Assembly: GCA_965178125.1 (NCBI GenBank)
Contig: OZ237750.1
Location: forward strand, 930,001-994,000
Direction of reading: 5' to 3'
Origin: Bilabrum cf. latius
Lineage: Eukaryota
Length of the DNA stretch: 64,000 bases
The position numbers and the translations under genes were made by a program. Position 1 is the first letter of the stretch, and the number at the start of each line of letters is the position of its first letter. This document shows positions 62,054 to 64,000 of the stretch, in pieces. The notes beneath the pieces were generated by a model that searched no databases, had not been told where the DNA came from, and was given only the letters and a program-made list of their open reading frames with translations.

Positions 62054-64000
62054 ATGGTAGAAAGTGTCAGGTATGACTCGATTTTCGACAGCGGCGTTCC
62101 GGCGGCGTTTCGAGCGACAGTCTCGCTTGAAATCATCAGCGACGTCATGCTGTTTGCTGCATACGCTGCAATTTCTGTGCAGCTCTTTCTGCATTCAAGG
62201 GCCGCCCTGAAAATGATAAAGTCGGTAGATACGAATGGACCAATTGCCCAGGGGAGCCTTCTGTTTCAACTATTCGTTGGAGCGTGCGGGATGACACACC
62301 TGGGGATGGGCCTCTCGAATGCCGTTTTGCACACGTCGGCGATCATGCAGGCCGTCAACATGGTGTTGAAGTTCATCTGCGCATGCATTAGCTGCTATAC
62401 AGCTGCTGTTCTCACCCCCACCCTGAAGCTCGCGGTAGAAGCGCTTTCCAAAGAGCACAAGAGAGTGATTCAGCTGCAAGAGCGCAGCGAGGAGGCGCAC
62501 ATTGGGGTGAGCGTGCTTTCCTTCCTCAATGCGCACAGGCGCAATACAAGATAGGTAACATGCTTGTTTCCATGTGGCTTTATTTCGTTTCCCGCAGTCA
62601 GAGCAACTTCGATACGTGTAGGACGAGATTCGGCACCAGGCCGACCAGGTTTCTACGTCAGCGGATATCGTACAGGTGCTTCACGCCGCTACTGCAAGTC
62701 TGACCAGGCTATCACCGTATGTTGAAGCAGCAGTCGTGATTCCAGCACTACCCAGGTTCAAGCAGACCCAAAGTCGCAGCGGCACCACGGACAAGCAGTC
62801 AGACACCGCTCCGCAAGACGAGATCGACCCTACCCGCAGCTCGGGGGATCCCACCACGCCAAGCAATGGGCGCGGGTCCAGTGCTGGATTAAGGTACGCG
62901 TCAATCTCACCAAGGGGGTCGGAAATGAAGAACGAAGCGAGCGCCTCCGTGTTTCTGGTGGCTGCGCATGTGCAGGCAGGGGTGTTCGAATCGATCGGAT
63001 CGCAAGAAGACGATTTCAGCGCCAGCTCGCCAAACGACTCCGCACCGAATGCTGGCGCAAGTGCACCAAGGAGTGCAGCAAGATCGACTCAGATCCTGCC
63101 CTCACCGGTCCCGTCGGGGCTTCCGGCCCGCGGTGCAGCTGTCCAACAGGGAGCCGCGGCTCCCCTAGTGCCGACCCAATCGGGCCGGAAGGGCAAGCAA
63201 ATGACCCTGACCACGGTTTCGAAGACAAACTCAAGATCAATCAGCAGAAACATGGGGCAGAAGAGCGTGATCGACAACACATCGGCCGGGCAGAGCAACG
63301 GGGCGGTCATCCAGTCGGTGTTCGGCCGCATGGACAGCCCGCTCTCGGGCCAGGCGCAGCTCGCCCTCAGCAAGCTCATCAAGAGGGACGAGCTGGTCCT
63401 CGTGCCGCCCGACCTCGAGGCACGGCTGCTGGGCCAGCTGGTCGCGGCTGGGGCGGCGGGCCCTCTCTTTGCCATGCGACTGTCGTTCCCCAAGCGGGTC
63501 ACGGCCGCTCTGGTGGGCAAGGGCCAGAAAGCCGTCAAGGATTCGGCGCTGTACGGCGGCGTCGCGAAGAGGAGCACCAGCACTACCAGCGACGACGACG
63601 GATAGAGCGTTTCAATGGAGCCCGCTGCAGGGGAGGCAGGGACTGGCGCCGAAAACACCAGCCGGATGACAATCGAGCAGCGGCTGGAGCGCCGCAGGAA
63701 GCGCCTGTTGCTGCGGCCCACATCGCTCGTGCTCGACAAGACTCTCTCCAACGCGATGCAGACGGCCCTGTCCAAAGTCAAGGGGAGAGACGTTGCCGTG
63801 CATGACGAAGGGGACGGGGAGGAAGACGACGGCAGCGTCCTGTTCGGAAAGGATGGCTCAAGCAACCTGGAGGCCCATGAACCCATGACGGGCTTGTCCA
63901 CAGAGGAGCGCAAGCCCACTGCCTCTGGCGAGCACGGGTCCAGCAGCGGCGACAGTGGGATCCGCAGGCCACGCAAATCGCAAGAGTCAGCCGTGGGCAT
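62054..64000 (+). CDS. Ethylene-receptor-like protein with N-terminal ETR1-type ethylene-binding domain; 3' end beyond the window
   Basis: Exon 1 62054-62554 ends in TAG|GTAACA; 43-bp intron 62555-62597; exon 2 is open to the window end through TAGs at 62619 and 63603. TM motifs ISDVMLFAAYAAIS, FVGACGMTHL and LKFICACISCYTA match ETR1 ISDFFIAIAYFSIP, FIVLCGATHL and AKVLTAVVSCATA. Confidence 0.8.

Noticed and set aside
1-64000. Cluster of pseudogenes with premature stops
   Set aside because: Interruptions are exclusively TAG, with no frameshifts and no internal TAA or TGA across more than 50 kb of coding sequence. They also affect conserved housekeeping genes whose motifs are intact.
1-64000. 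C-to-T damage, RIP-like mutation or sequencing error creating stops
   Set aside because: Such processes should also turn CAA into TAA and CGA into TGA. Both codons are common here, yet no such internal stops were found.
1-64000. Suppressor tRNA(CUA), other tRNA/rRNA genes, or an endogenous virus or transposon
   Set aside because: No cloverleaf, rRNA-like sequence, AT-rich viral insert or integrase/transposase motif was recognisable by eye in the short intergenic gaps. A tRNAscan-SE run would be needed to be certain.

Overview
This is a gene-dense, GC-rich nuclear region of a flagellated, aerobic protist (inner-arm dynein, Rib72/EFHC, complex I subunit NDUFB9, short GT-AG introns); the style resembles a bicosoecid or other heterotrophic stramenopile, but that is an unproven inference. 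It holds 17 protein-coding genes, and I found no RNA genes, transposons or CRISPR arrays. The main result is a non-standard nuclear genetic code. About 100 in-frame TAG codons (manual count) interrupt 14 of the 17 genes without any frameshift. Several sit at conserved Gln positions or in Gln-rich tracts. All 15 gene ends visible in the window are TGA (11) or TAA (4). UAG therefore appears to encode Gln while UAA remains a stop. Reading TAG as Gln joins the fragmented ORFs into full genes. These include a ~4,940-aa soluble-adenylyl-cyclase/STAND protein fused to a degenerate cyclic-nucleotide phosphodiesterase domain, an intact chitin synthase with a catalytically degenerate paralogue nearby, a GH78 rhamnosidase carrying a SUEL lectin domain, and a protein with an ETR1-type ethylene-binding domain.
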